63,865 bases of DNA from a virus (IMGVR_UViG_3300031857_000159:1-63865); one strand, 5' to 3'. Numbered from the stretch's first letter, positions 39,101-48,496 are shown. Made by a program: numbers and translations. The notes: generated from the letters alone by a model not told the origin.

Positions 39101-41416
39101 TTTGAAGGAAAAAATCAATTAAGAGAAACAGCATTTAAGGTAGGTAATATCATTAATGGAATAGTAAGAGATTTCTTTAACGGCACTATTAAGTCATATT
39201 CTAATTACGCGGAAAATATGTCCCGTGACGATTACGATGATATTATTAGGCAATTACAAGACGTAATTCAATATGCAAAAGACAAAGGATATTCTATTGT
39301 TACTAAGCCATTGATTATTGCAGACGATGTAAATAAAATTGCAGGTCAGCCAAACTTATTAATGGTTGATGAAAATGGTAAATTTTATGTTTACGATGTG
39401 GCTACATTAAGAAATACAAAAGGATTAGAAACAAAAGAGTTACTGAATAGAAGATACAAAGACAGACCAACAAACGCCGAAAGAATATCTGCTCAAGTAA
39501 ACATATTGGCTGATATTTTAAATAACAAATACGGATTAGAAGTAGGTAGAGTTGGGGTAATTCCTTTTGATGTAGATTATGAAGTTTTATCAAAAGATAA
39601 ACCTGTTCAAATTACTCATGCGGTAAGAACTAAAAGAGTTGACTTTAAGCGTAAACAAATATTGAAACCAACAGGCAAAACATCTACTGCGGAAGTAAAA
39701 GAAAAAGTAGAAGAAGTAAAACCTATTGAAAAGAAAGCAGAAGAAAAACCAAAAGAAGCTAAGCCTGCCGAGAAAGAAGTTGTTAAGGAAAAAGTAAAAA
39801 CGGAAGAGGAAGAAGCGAAAGAGCAGTTAAAAGAAACCGAAAATTTATTATCAGGCGATGCTGAAAAAAATAGAAAAGCAGGCAAATTTGTAAAGAACGG
39901 AATTGAATTTGTAAGAAACAAAAAAGGCGAGGGAGAAAAAGGAAGTCAAGGTCAAGTTAGGTTTACTAATGAGGCAGGAGGAGCAGGAGTTGTTGTTCCG
40001 TTTAGGTATAAAATTATAGAAGCCGAAACGTTACAACCTTCTCATGAAGGAGGAATTAGAAACCCATTACACTTTATTCCTGAAGCACAACCTAAAAACA
40101 GAAACGATGCGGGAAGTTTGCAAGCAGAAGATAGTTTTGCTGAAAATCCAAGATTTAATGAATTAGGCGAAAACACAAATGCTTACAGTGGAGCTCCAAT
40201 AGTTAATGAAAGAAACGAAGTTATTCAAGGAAACAATCGTTCGGCAGGATTAAGAAAAGGTTATAAGCAAGGAAATGAAAAGTATAAAAACGATTTAGTT
40301 GATAATGCTGAAAAATTTGGATTTACTAAAGAGCAAGTATCTAAATTTAAAGAACCTATTCTTGTAAGAGAAACTGCTGTTACAGATGAATTTTCAATAG
40401 AGTTAGGAAACTACGATGCAAAAGATTTGGAAACAGGAGGTAAAAGAAGAATTGATTCTATTGCTGTTGTAAGAAGAATGCCTTTTGATGTAAAAGGTAA
40501 AATAGCAAACATATTATTTAGAGAAGAAGATAAAACATTAAATCAGGCTATTAGAGATAATATTAAGGATTTTATTAATTTAATTAATCCTTATTTGAAT
40601 CAGGCGCAAAGAAACACTATATTCAAAGATGGTGAATTAACTGAAGCTGGAGCAAAAGATTTAGAAAGTGTAGTTCAACAATTTTTGTATGACGGCGGAG
40701 ATGTTGCGTTACCTGAATTGTTTGAATCATTGTCTTATAATCAAAAGGAGGGAATTAAAAAATCGTTGCCAAATATATTTTCTGTTGGTTACGAAAAATC
40801 AATAATTCCTGAAATACAAGAAGCTATAATAGCTTTAAGTAGCTTTAATGCAAGTGGAGTTGATAAGATCAACAATTGGTTAACTCAACAAGACATGTTC
40901 GCTGAAGGTAAAACTCCAAAAGAAATATATACTCCCGTTGCAATAGAGTTAGCTAAATCATTAAATTCTGCTACATCACAAAAACAAATACAAAAGATTT
41001 TTGCTGAATACGCAAGTTTAGTAAAGGATAAGCCTGCCGATATGTTTGATGAAGCAAAAAAGGGATTAACAAAAAAAGAAGGTATAAAACAAATATTTAA
41101 CGTAGAATATGAAGAATCAAAAAAAATTAGTGAGAGAGGCGGTATTGAGATTGATAAAAAGCCGTCAGCCGAAGGAGGCGAAGATGTTGCCCAGCAAAAA
41201 GCAAAATCAGTCAAATCAATCTTTGATGAAGCCGTAAAGTTATTCTATAAGATACGCGGAACAGAAGGAGCTGCTAAAAAAAGAAATTTAACACAAGAAC
41301 GTAAAGAACTTTTAAAAGAAAATCCTACTGTAAGGTTTATAGATAACAATATAAGTTCTATCTTTGAACAATTAGAAAATAAAAACATTATTAAACGTAA
41401 GGGTAACTGCCCATAA
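36104..41416 (+). CDS. giant polyvalent virion protein with degenerate PD-(D/E)XK domain and DdrB-like ParB domain
   Basis: YTSVS..IAGQPNLL..YVYDVAT (~39020-39600); RYKIIEA..LQPSH..QPKNR..GAPIV...GNNR (~40000-40450). Confidence 0.7.
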   Translation: MIMGKKDVLNPIALQYGVTPKEENGEEENPIARDIRLGIIGGSRPTKIEELSLEELKQKNIEDFRQAEVQEEALRKDLDQYVGLNEQEKKYLIDKNLKGELKGADFSQTLFTMAGLMPEQQKVLTKDAKGNKIYADEKDMFDIIEEQKKDFNYDKLVSDLTSKTQTSSKNSYYMKDKGDGTLIAVPLAINEKPEAKDVKDAQVFSSLDDDAIGDSRLADIAKKAYNIIPSVAQGFISIPETVQGLVTGKTGGTYKLLKSILEESKFKTTQEYQKGILDTEKIDEFSDFLSKDVYDLSGDKILNTVVNVASSLAEFGLTRKMVPIKGKAGIFAAGIAMNIKEPLQAAEDAGVEGRGKYAVAATYALAASGLETFLGIEGKLFDDAATTAKKEMINKIIKDNVEVVGGKLTKESVENLYKETLKEIPSFYAKYAKNTVGDVTDEVVQNMMQNATQEIHDIVMRDEPEAAKFNTKFWSPKALGEYINSAAGGLIGGMGGSLFIKNKQSQTAYDAIKDGKENELKVQLTSGLKEGRLTQEDYDRAIFKIDSYKSYYEATKDRNVTDEEKRKIFDLTYEKENTKSGVERLKQNNPGGINDGLIAAKEQEVRDYTQQINDIWSTAEARTSESPVEEAKVEVPQWRTAMDDFSKEIGNKDKRQSINNSTRDQIQTVVGASPELNKLAEPFSVDFTSPHLPEESTIQIRNGILYEPYLVKQEGKEDVIETRQLPVYAMEDKDGGTWLFAVGQKTETGAEDVTYLIKLDEEGKYEGHQEFKYRTAKKNELTFDDIKPAFDKLGIQAASLTSEIKGIENIPQAEFEEVEEFEEIPEEKGIVESEQFKNVYEKVKAGVSKAKLKLLPNNTVGVTIDGEDVPFASQRYLNKEELPSGDVEVNVRVVENIDGKYGRGVLIETQEGVPLGYIRRAGKETGRVAAEKISPTEDVDIDVPVELSDVAKERLQQIEKDQENYELVEDELSRRYVNKKTGESYTSVSTFVSGKSGGDFEGKNQLRETAFKVGNIINGIVRDFFNGTIKSYSNYAENMSRDDYDDIIRQLQDVIQYAKDKGYSIVTKPLIIADDVNKIAGQPNLLMVDENGKFYVYDVATLRNTKGLETKELLNRRYKDRPTNAERISAQVNILADILNNKYGLEVGRVGVIPFDVDYEVLSKDKPVQITHAVRTKRVDFKRKQILKPTGKTSTAEVKEKVEEVKPIEKKAEEKPKEAKPAEKEVVKEKVKTEEEEAKEQLKETENLLSGDAEKNRKAGKFVKNGIEFVRNKKGEGEKGSQGQVRFTNEAGGAGVVVPFRYKIIEAETLQPSHEGGIRNPLHFIPEAQPKNRNDAGSLQAEDSFAENPRFNELGENTNAYSGAPIVNERNEVIQGNNRSAGLRKGYKQGNEKYKNDLVDNAEKFGFTKEQVSKFKEPILVRETAVTDEFSIELGNYDAKDLETGGKRRIDSIAVVRRMPFDVKGKIANILFREEDKTLNQAIRDNIKDFINLINPYLNQAQRNTIFKDGELTEAGAKDLESVVQQFLYDGGDVALPELFESLSYNQKEGIKKSLPNIFSVGYEKSIIPEIQEAIIALSSFNASGVDKINNWLTQQDMFAEGKTPKEIYTPVAIELAKSLNSATSQKQIQKIFAEYASLVKDKPADMFDEAKKGLTKKEGIKQIFNVEYEESKKISERGGIEIDKKPSAEGGEDVAQQKAKSVKSIFDEAVKLFYKIRGTEGAAKKRNLTQERKELLKENPTVRFIDNNISSIFEQLENKNIIKRKGNCP

Positions 41417-41427
41417 AATAAAACAAA

Positions 41428-41931
41428 ATGAAAAAACCTAAAAAATTACCACAAGAAATTGTAGATTTATTACTGCCAAGATTAAAGGACGAGTTTACTG
41501 CTTATTATCATTATAGGGCGCTTTCTAACTATTGTCAAGGTGTAGGGTTTATGAAGGCTGCAAAGTTCTTTCAGGGAGAATCTGATAACGAATTAGGACA
41601 TGCTAAAAAGATTGAAAACTATTTAGTTGATTGGAATGTAAATCCACAATTACCAAAAATTGATGAACCTAAGATTGAGTTCAAAGGATTGTTAGAAGGT
41701 ATTGAAATGTCTTATAGTATTGAATACGCTTTGTACGAAGATTACGAAGATACATCAATGAAAATTTTCAAAGAGGGTGATGTTTGTACTTTTGACTTTT
41801 TACAATTTTTCAGAACCGAACAAACTGCTGCTGTTGCAGAATACTCTGATATGTTAAATATGTTAGAAGGAACTGATACTGCAAGTAAATTTGAATTATT
41901 AATGCTTGAAGAAAAATTATTTGGAGAATAA
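41428..41931 (+). CDS. ftnA: ferritin (non-heme, FtnA-like)
   Basis: 167 aa; E..AYY.Y, G..AAKFF..ES.NE..HA.K, E..L, D..T.DFLQ.F..EQ ferroxidase pattern. Confidence 0.85.
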   Translation: MKKPKKLPQEIVDLLLPRLKDEFTAYYHYRALSNYCQGVGFMKAAKFFQGESDNELGHAKKIENYLVDWNVNPQLPKIDEPKIEFKGLLEGIEMSYSIEYALYEDYEDTSMKIFKEGDVCTFDFLQFFRTEQTAAVAEYSDMLNMLEGTDTASKFELLMLEEKLFGE

Positions 41932-44900
41932 TGGCTAATTGTATTATTGTATATAATGGCAAAGAATATGACTACGCTGCGTTCGCAACAATGTTGCACG
42001 ATGGCTTATTGCAGAAATTTGTATCCGATAAAGCCGTAAATAAAAACGAGCTTAAAGGCGACAAAACTTTCTTAAAAGAAGCTGTTAAACGTAGAGAGCA
42101 AGTTCGTGAGAAAATCAACAAAGTGGTTGATGCTCTTAAAAAAGCAAATCCTAATTTAGTAATAGAGGAGGACGAAACTATTGTTGATAAAGATGGTCAA
42201 CCATTGGCGGGTATCGTTATGAAAGACAAAGACGGTAAAGTAGTAGTTAAGATTAATCCTAATTACGCCGGATTAGATACTCCTATTCACGAGGTAGGTC
42301 ATATATTCATTGATGCCATTGGTTACGATAATAAAGTAATACAAGCTGCTATTAACCAACTAAAAGATACTAAACTTTGGAATGATACAAAGAAAAGGTA
42401 TCCTGAATTAAGTGAAAAGAATTTAGGCAAAGAGGTGTTGGCTGAAGCTATTGGTAGAGAAGGTGCTGACATATTTGAAAAAGACGAGCAAAAGAGTAAG
42501 TTCAAACAATTTTTGGATTACATCTTTGACAGGGTTAAGAGTTTATTTGGTATTCAAAAGAATCTTGCAAAAGAATTAGCTAAACAAGTATTGGCAGGTA
42601 AGTTTGAAGTTGCTGAATTAGAAGAAGAATCATACGAGCAAAGGACTGGTAAAACTCCTAAATTGACGCGTTCTGAATTTTTCAGTAAGGCTTACGGAAG
42701 AGTAGGTATGCAGTTAGAAACATTTGAAACAGAAATTGCAAGACTTGAAAACAAATTAAGACAGACGCTTACTGTATCTGAAAGAAAAGAAACTCAAAAG
42801 AAATACGATATTGCTAAATCAAGATTAGAAGATTTTGAAAAGGCTTTTAAAAAATATTCATTTGATTACAATAAGATAAACCGATTAAGGTTGTCGGAGG
42901 GTGATTTAGATAATAAGAGTTTAGACGAACTAACCGATTTATATAACTTAACGGTAGAGTTTGATCCTAATTCTGACAATGCCTTTTTAGCAGAGGTAAA
43001 ATACAGAATAGCTTATTTAGTTTCTGAAAAACAAAGAGAGTTTTTAGAAAACAAAGGTGCGGATGTTTCTCGTGCTAAATTTGAAGATTTAAAAGGTAAG
43101 GACGTTATCATGAAGGCTTTAGGTCACATGAGTGAAGCTTTCCCTGAATTGCAGTCGTTAAGCAAAATGTACGACAAGCAGGTTAATGATATGCAGACCG
43201 AAAGGAATGAGAAAAAACAAAAGTTACAAGAACTTGCGAAAGATGTTATTGCAGAAGAAAGTAAAAACATAGGCGTTAAGGTTAAAGACTTTACAGTAGG
43301 TAACGCTCACAAATTCTTTGCGTGGATGGATGCGGGTAACGGAGAATATATTTCTATTGCAAAGGCAAGAAGTATGAGTGAGGCAAAAGGTAAGTTCTTA
43401 GAGTATATGTTAAAGCTCAAAGAAGATTACAAAGACTTACAAGAAAAAACTCCTGCTGGATATAGTCCTTTGGAGGTAATTATGACTGACCCTAGTGTTG
43501 TAGAGAAATTTGAATCAAGCGGAATAGTAGGCGCTGCGCAACAATATTTAGGTACAAACGAAAGATTACGTCAAGTTAAAATAAAATACACTGATAGTAA
43601 TGGTAAAACATCTTTAAAGACTTTTGGAGAAATAGAACAAGAGTTACAAAAAGATTCTAAGGCAGGTAAAATATCAAAAGCTATTGCAGTATCAAAATCA
43701 CTTTATTACAACCGTAAAGCAAAGGCTTTATTGAAAAAAGGTGTAGATGAAAGTGGCGAAGAAATAAACGCTTTACGTGCCGATTATATGCTTAATAAGC
43801 AAGGTAAGTTAGTCAATAAGTTTGGATTAAAAAGACCTGTTGATTTTGATTACTCACGTAATTTTTATGCTGCTGCGGTGCAGTATATTGATGATATGAC
43901 TTGGAATAAGTATATTCAACCAATAGTTCCTGTTGTAGAATCAATAGAGCATTTTAACAACACTACTGGTATTGATAGAGCGCCAAAACCAAACATTGTA
44001 AAATGGTTACAGATTTGGAAAAAGATGCACGTTTATCAAGAAAGACAAGACACTTTATTGCCTCCTGAAGTAAACTACTTAATGAGAACATTAAGACACA
44101 TGACTTCATTAATACGATTAGGGTTTAACGCAAAAGCATCTTTAGTCAACTTAATAGCAGGTCAACAGAATAACTTCCGTGAATTAGGCGGTAAGGCATT
44201 GGTTAAAGGTCAATTAAGAATGTTAACGCCGACAAAAGGTGGAGCAATGAAATACTCTACTAAGGCATTTAATATGGTTAAAAAATATAATGTTGTTTCT
44301 ACTGATTACGATGAAAAAGCAACGGTATCTGCAACAGGTATTTTCAATACATTAGCTCAAGGATTAACGGTATTAGCCGAACATAATATTCAGGGAGCAA
44401 TGTTCTTAGGGCAATTTTCTACTGCTGAATGGAATGATTTTGATAGTCAAGGAAATTACAAAGGTAGTGATCCTAATATGGCTCAAAAGATTGAAGAATA
44501 TAAGAAAAGAACTTCTGATACTCATGGTAAGTACGCTGCGAAAGATAGAAGAAACTTTGAGTATTTTGAATTAGGTAAATTTATCGGGCAGTTTAAAACA
44601 TGGGTTCCTGATTGGTGGAAGCAAAGATTTGGTAGCCGATATATTGACAGGGACGGAAAAGAACATTACGGAAGCTGGAGAGTTATTCAGTATGAGGGAT
44701 TAAAGCAAATAAGAAAAGATATAGTTGACCCTGATTTTTGGAGGTCTGATAAGGCTTCAGCGGTTGCAATGAGAAAAAATTTAAGGTCTGCATTAATGAT
44801 GGGAGCTTTATTAGCTGTATCATTAGGTGGCGATGACGATGAAAGAAAACGTAAAAAAGGCGATGTGCTTTCTCAATCAATAAACAACTTAACTTTTATA

Positions 44901-45119
44901 TTCAATCCTGAACAAGCTAAATTTATGATTAAACAATCTGCGGCAGGTACAGGATTATTATATGACTTTATAGATGCTTTAGATAGCGGAATAAAAGCTG
45001 AAAGATATAAGTCAAAAACAAGTAAACACGACAAAGGTGACTTAGTAGCGTTTGATAAGGCTACAAGGTTAATACCGGGAACGAAAGTTATTAACGATAT
45101 AACAGAAGAAAAAAAATAA
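41931..45119 (+). CDS. large polyvalent virion protein with zincin (MPTase-like) metallopeptidase domain
   Basis: DTPIHEVGH and EVLAEAIG motifs; C-terminal QFKTW helical region typical of ejection proteins. Confidence 0.7.
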   Translation: MANCIIVYNGKEYDYAAFATMLHDGLLQKFVSDKAVNKNELKGDKTFLKEAVKRREQVREKINKVVDALKKANPNLVIEEDETIVDKDGQPLAGIVMKDKDGKVVVKINPNYAGLDTPIHEVGHIFIDAIGYDNKVIQAAINQLKDTKLWNDTKKRYPELSEKNLGKEVLAEAIGREGADIFEKDEQKSKFKQFLDYIFDRVKSLFGIQKNLAKELAKQVLAGKFEVAELEEESYEQRTGKTPKLTRSEFFSKAYGRVGMQLETFETEIARLENKLRQTLTVSERKETQKKYDIAKSRLEDFEKAFKKYSFDYNKINRLRLSEGDLDNKSLDELTDLYNLTVEFDPNSDNAFLAEVKYRIAYLVSEKQREFLENKGADVSRAKFEDLKGKDVIMKALGHMSEAFPELQSLSKMYDKQVNDMQTERNEKKQKLQELAKDVIAEESKNIGVKVKDFTVGNAHKFFAWMDAGNGEYISIAKARSMSEAKGKFLEYMLKLKEDYKDLQEKTPAGYSPLEVIMTDPSVVEKFESSGIVGAAQQYLGTNERLRQVKIKYTDSNGKTSLKTFGEIEQELQKDSKAGKISKAIAVSKSLYYNRKAKALLKKGVDESGEEINALRADYMLNKQGKLVNKFGLKRPVDFDYSRNFYAAAVQYIDDMTWNKYIQPIVPVVESIEHFNNTTGIDRAPKPNIVKWLQIWKKMHVYQERQDTLLPPEVNYLMRTLRHMTSLIRLGFNAKASLVNLIAGQQNNFRELGGKALVKGQLRMLTPTKGGAMKYSTKAFNMVKKYNVVSTDYDEKATVSATGIFNTLAQGLTVLAEHNIQGAMFLGQFSTAEWNDFDSQGNYKGSDPNMAQKIEEYKKRTSDTHGKYAAKDRRNFEYFELGKFIGQFKTWVPDWWKQRFGSRYIDRDGKEHYGSWRVIQYEGLKQIRKDIVDPDFWRSDKASAVAMRKNLRSALMMGALLAVSLGGDDDERKRKKGDVLSQSINNLTFIFNPEQAKFMIKQSAAGTGLLYDFIDALDSGIKAERYKSKTSKHDKGDLVAFDKATRLIPGTKVINDITEEKK

Positions 45120-45135
45120 TTAATAAATTTGAAAC

Positions 45136-45798
45136 ATGGCATTAGTATTAAAATCAACTGTAACAGTAATAGATGGTTGTTACGGTTTTAACTTTATAGA
45201 TAGTACAGGAGATTACTCCGAAGAAAATCCCGGAGGATACGGAGGCGATAATCCTAAAATAGACAGCGTTCTTAATTGCACGATAAAAGTTTATCCTCCA
45301 AACTCTACAATTCCTTATGTATTTTATTTTGAATGGGATAAATTTACATACAATTATACACTAGCTACATTAACAAAGCCTGATGGAACTGTTGTAGATA
45401 TTTTAGCGGATGTATCAAGTTTGTATTTTCCTTTTTCGGTAGATAACGAATTTGAAATAAAAGAAACATATTTAGACTACGAAGACAATACATCAATAAT
45501 TGATGGCGCGTGGACTATAAATTATGAAATTATAGTTGAAGAAGGAGAAGATGTTGAAATTACTTATTCTACTAACAGCTATCAATTAACAACTTGCGGT
45601 GCTTGCTGCTGTATTCAGAAATTATTCATTAATTTACCTGATTGCGGTTGTGACGATGGTTATTTTAGAACTGCTCAATTGGCGGACGCTTATTTGAACT
45701 CGGCTATTTATTCAGCTAACATGGGTTACATGGAAAGAGCTCAAAAGAATATAGATAAAGCAAATGAAATTTGTAGTGGTAATTGTAAAACGTGTTAA
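45136..45798 (+). CDS. virion protein with Cys-rich C-terminus
   Basis: DSTG.Y...NPGGYG motif; CGACCC, CGC and C..NCKTC clusters. Confidence 0.6.
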   Translation: MALVLKSTVTVIDGCYGFNFIDSTGDYSEENPGGYGGDNPKIDSVLNCTIKVYPPNSTIPYVFYFEWDKFTYNYTLATLTKPDGTVVDILADVSSLYFPFSVDNEFEIKETYLDYEDNTSIIDGAWTINYEIIVEEGEDVEITYSTNSYQLTTCGACCCIQKLFINLPDCGCDDGYFRTAQLADAYLNSAIYSANMGYMERAQKNIDKANEICSGNCKTC

Positions 45799-45815
45799 TT
45801 TAAAAAATAAAAGAA

Positions 45816-46694
45816 ATGAGTTGTAGTTGTAATATTAGCTGTAATTGTAATACGGTAATTCAAAAAGGAGATATAGGACCTCAAGGTCCAATTGGTCCAC
45901 AAGGACCGCAAGGGGTACAAGGTGAACAGGGCGAACCGGGTGAAAATGGAAATACAATATTGAACGGAACTACTGATCCTTTGTTTCAAGGAGAAATTGG
46001 TGATTTTTATATAAACACAGCTACCAATGAATTGTATGGTCCTAAAACAGAATCAGGATGGGGGAGCCCAACAAGTTTAATTGGTCCACAAGGTCCTCCG
46101 GGTCCAAGTGGAAATTGTTGTTTTGAATATGAAATAGGGGAATATGTAAGTGCTGAAGGCGGAGTAGTGTTTCATAGATGGTTATCAACTACTTCTTACG
46201 GTATTCCTGAAAACGGAACAGTTCAAAATTACTTAATTGTATCATTAGAAGACGTTTCTACAACAATGGAATGGATAAACGTAGCTTTAGATACTACATA
46301 TATATCAGGAGCAACAAGTAATTGGAACGGTGAATCAAACACGAACGCTATTATGACCGCAGGGGCAACAAGTGGAGCTGCTTATGATTGCTCTAACTTT
46401 ACAGGCGGAGGAAAATCTGATTGGTATTTACCTGCAATAGATGAAATGTGGAAATTATACAATAATAGATGGGAAGTTAATCGCGGATTAGCAAGTGTAT
46501 CTCCAACAGCTTACGATTTAATAGGGTATAAAGTTAGTTATTGGACAAGTAATAATGATAGTAACGATGCTACAACCGCTTATCTATTTTATACAGGACC
46601 AAGTTCTTCTCCGGGTAATCCTACTTTTCAGCAATTATTAAAGTCTGATTTATATGATGTAAGAGCAGTTAGAAAATTTACATTTACGCCTTAA
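45816..46694 (+). CDS. collagen-repeat fibre with C-terminal DUF1566/Lcl-like domain
   Basis: GXY repeats; G.SNT.AI, DWYLPAIDE, YWTS and VRAVRKF motifs. Confidence 0.75.
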   Translation: MSCSCNISCNCNTVIQKGDIGPQGPIGPQGPQGVQGEQGEPGENGNTILNGTTDPLFQGEIGDFYINTATNELYGPKTESGWGSPTSLIGPQGPPGPSGNCCFEYEIGEYVSAEGGVVFHRWLSTTSYGIPENGTVQNYLIVSLEDVSTTMEWINVALDTTYISGATSNWNGESNTNAIMTAGATSGAAYDCSNFTGGGKSDWYLPAIDEMWKLYNNRWEVNRGLASVSPTAYDLIGYKVSYWTSNNDSNDATTAYLFYTGPSSSPGNPTFQQLLKSDLYDVRAVRKFTFTP

Positions 46695-46705
46695 TATAAA
46701 TTAAT

Positions 46706-47020
46706 ATGTTTGAATACGTAAATCCTCAATTGCAAACAAGTACGGTAAATACTGTATTGATTCTTAAATCATGGTTAGCAAATAAGTCTGTTGAAACAAT
46801 AACAAAAGAGCAGATGGGTGAAGATATTTGTGAGTGTTGTAATGGTAAATTAGTATTAGCTACTAAATACATTCAATATATGCAATGTTATCAATTTTCT
46901 TATTATGAAATAAATGAAGAAAAAGAATTGGTAATTGTAAATCCTTATAATTGTTTAACTGAAAAAGAGTTGAAAACTTTGTTAGAAAAATCTAATATAC
47001 TTACTACACAGAAATGCTAA
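46706..47020 (+). CDS. hypothetical Cys-containing virion protein
   Basis: last gene of late operon; NCLTE motif. Confidence 0.6.
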   Translation: MFEYVNPQLQTSTVNTVLILKSWLANKSVETITKEQMGEDICECCNGKLVLATKYIQYMQCYQFSYYEINEEKELVIVNPYNCLTEKELKTLLEKSNILTTQKC

Positions 47021-47039
47021 AAAGTATTATCTTTGTAAA

Positions 47040-47108
47040 GATTTCTTCATAGTTGTTTTAATTAGATTGATTAATTAGTTCTTAAAGCGGGGTTTATTCT
47101 CCGCTTTT
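47040..47108 (+). ncRNA. candidate sRNA 1 (promoter TATCTTTG 47028-47035; ends in hairpin terminator 47084-47108)
   Basis: no ORF between promoter and terminator; body is antisense to an A-rich AUG context. Confidence 0.5.
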
Positions 47109-47513
47109 TGATTTATAATACTCTTCTTTAAGCATTTGAGCAATTTCTCTTTTTAAAGCGAATTTAGGATGGTTTCTGTCGCCAAACTCCCACTCTGAAT
47201 GACAAGTGGCGCAAACTATAAACACGTTTCTTTTATCTAAACGGTAGGACGGATATGCACCTTTAGATAGAATATGGCTAAAATTAATTGGAGATAAATT
47301 AAATATTGGAACTTTACAACATTGACAAACTGAATTTGTTTTTTTTGCTATTTCTTTAAATAAATCAATTTCGCCTGTTTTCTTTTTAAACTTTATTTTA
47401 GGTTTAGATTTGCCTTTTTTTAGCTCATTACATCGCTTACAATAACCTTTCTTAACAACAATCATTCTTTGTTGTTTACATTCAATACAAGTGCTGTAAT
47501 TAGGTTTAAACAT
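47094..47513 (-). CDS. HNH/NinG-like Zn-binding nuclease
   Basis: CQCC..FSHILSKG...N...CATCH motifs. Confidence 0.7.
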   Translation of the reverse strand: MFKPNYSTCIECKQQRMIVVKKGYCKRCNELKKGKSKPKIKFKKKTGEIDLFKEIAKKTNSVCQCCKVPIFNLSPINFSHILSKGAYPSYRLDKRNVFIVCATCHSEWEFGDRNHPKFALKREIAQMLKEEYYKSKSGE

Positions 47514-48112
47514 TATTTGCCTTCTATTTCAATTATTACGCATCCTCCTGTTCCAAAAAACTTTCTTACGTTATCTTCGCCCCAAATTATACTATCGTCT
47601 GAATAAACTAACTCGCTCATTGAATCTAACACTAATTTTTTGAGGTTGTCGCATACGTCTGGACGAGTTGTCTTTGGAAACAATTTACCTTCTCTTATTT
47701 CCTCCATTCGTCCTTTTATTTTATGGAAAGCTTTTAATGGAGCATAAATGAAATGAAGTTTAGTGATACGCGCTTCTTCAGTAAACATTTGAAAATCTTT
47801 CGGGAGCTGATTTGTTATTTGTCTGCGATAATCTTTTTCCCGATCAATATACTTTTTAGGCTGAAAGAAATGACCTGACTTAGTGGCTCTGACTGATTGT
47901 TTAGCCATTGGTTCACCGAACAAAGTAAAAGAAACTTTTCTTAACTCATTACTTGCAACAGGAATTATTTTTTCTCTAGGTTGCTGAACTGTTTTCGCTT
48001 TTGAGTAACTCCCATCGCTATTGCGAACAAGTCCCATTTGCAATAAAGTTTCTTCTGATATAGATTGTTTTTTAGCCATGTTTTTTAAATAAGTCGCTAT
48101 AAAGTAACGCAA
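47513..48112 (-). CDS. rusA: RusA-like Holliday junction resolvase (start probably ATG ~48079)
   Basis: GEP.AKQSVR and RPD.CDNL.K...D...YSDD motifs. Confidence 0.85.
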   Translation of the reverse strand: MRYFIATYLKNMAKKQSISEETLLQMGLVRNSDGSYSKAKTVQQPREKIIPVASNELRKVSFTLFGEPMAKQSVRATKSGHFFQPKKYIDREKDYRRQITNQLPKDFQMFTEEARITKLHFIYAPLKAFHKIKGRMEEIREGKLFPKTTRPDVCDNLKKLVLDSMSELVYSDDSIIWGEDNVRKFFGTGGCVIIEIEGK

Positions 48113-48121
48113 AGATGTAAG

Positions 48122-48496
48122 TTATAAGTAGTTGTCATAAAATATCTTTACAACCTTTAAAGTTTCTGTTTCAGCAAAAGTAATCATTTCTTCTTCTTTG
48201 TTAATCCAATCGTCATTAAATATTATTCCTGAAAGGTGCATCATTTCGTGAAAAACAGTAGATGTTGTTGTTATCGTATCGGTACATCTGTTTAAATTAA
48301 TAAATACAAACGGACTATTATTAATTGGAGAAAGATTGCACCATCCTGCTATATAAGATTGTTCTTTATTGTTAATATGCTTTTTGCAATCTTCAGCGTT
48401 TAATCCGTGCATTTCTTTAGTGTTATAATATTCAAATATTTCACACGGATTAAAGCTTAATAAAAGAATGTAATTATCATTAATTATTGTTATCAT
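48122..48496 (-). CDS. small zincin-like metallopeptidase
   Basis: FHEMMH..EEE motif. Confidence 0.6.
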   Translation of the reverse strand: MITIINDNYILLLSFNPCEIFEYYNTKEMHGLNAEDCKKHINNKEQSYIAGWCNLSPINNSPFVFINLNRCTDTITTTSTVFHEMMHLSGIIFNDDWINKEEEMITFAETETLKVVKIFYDNYL

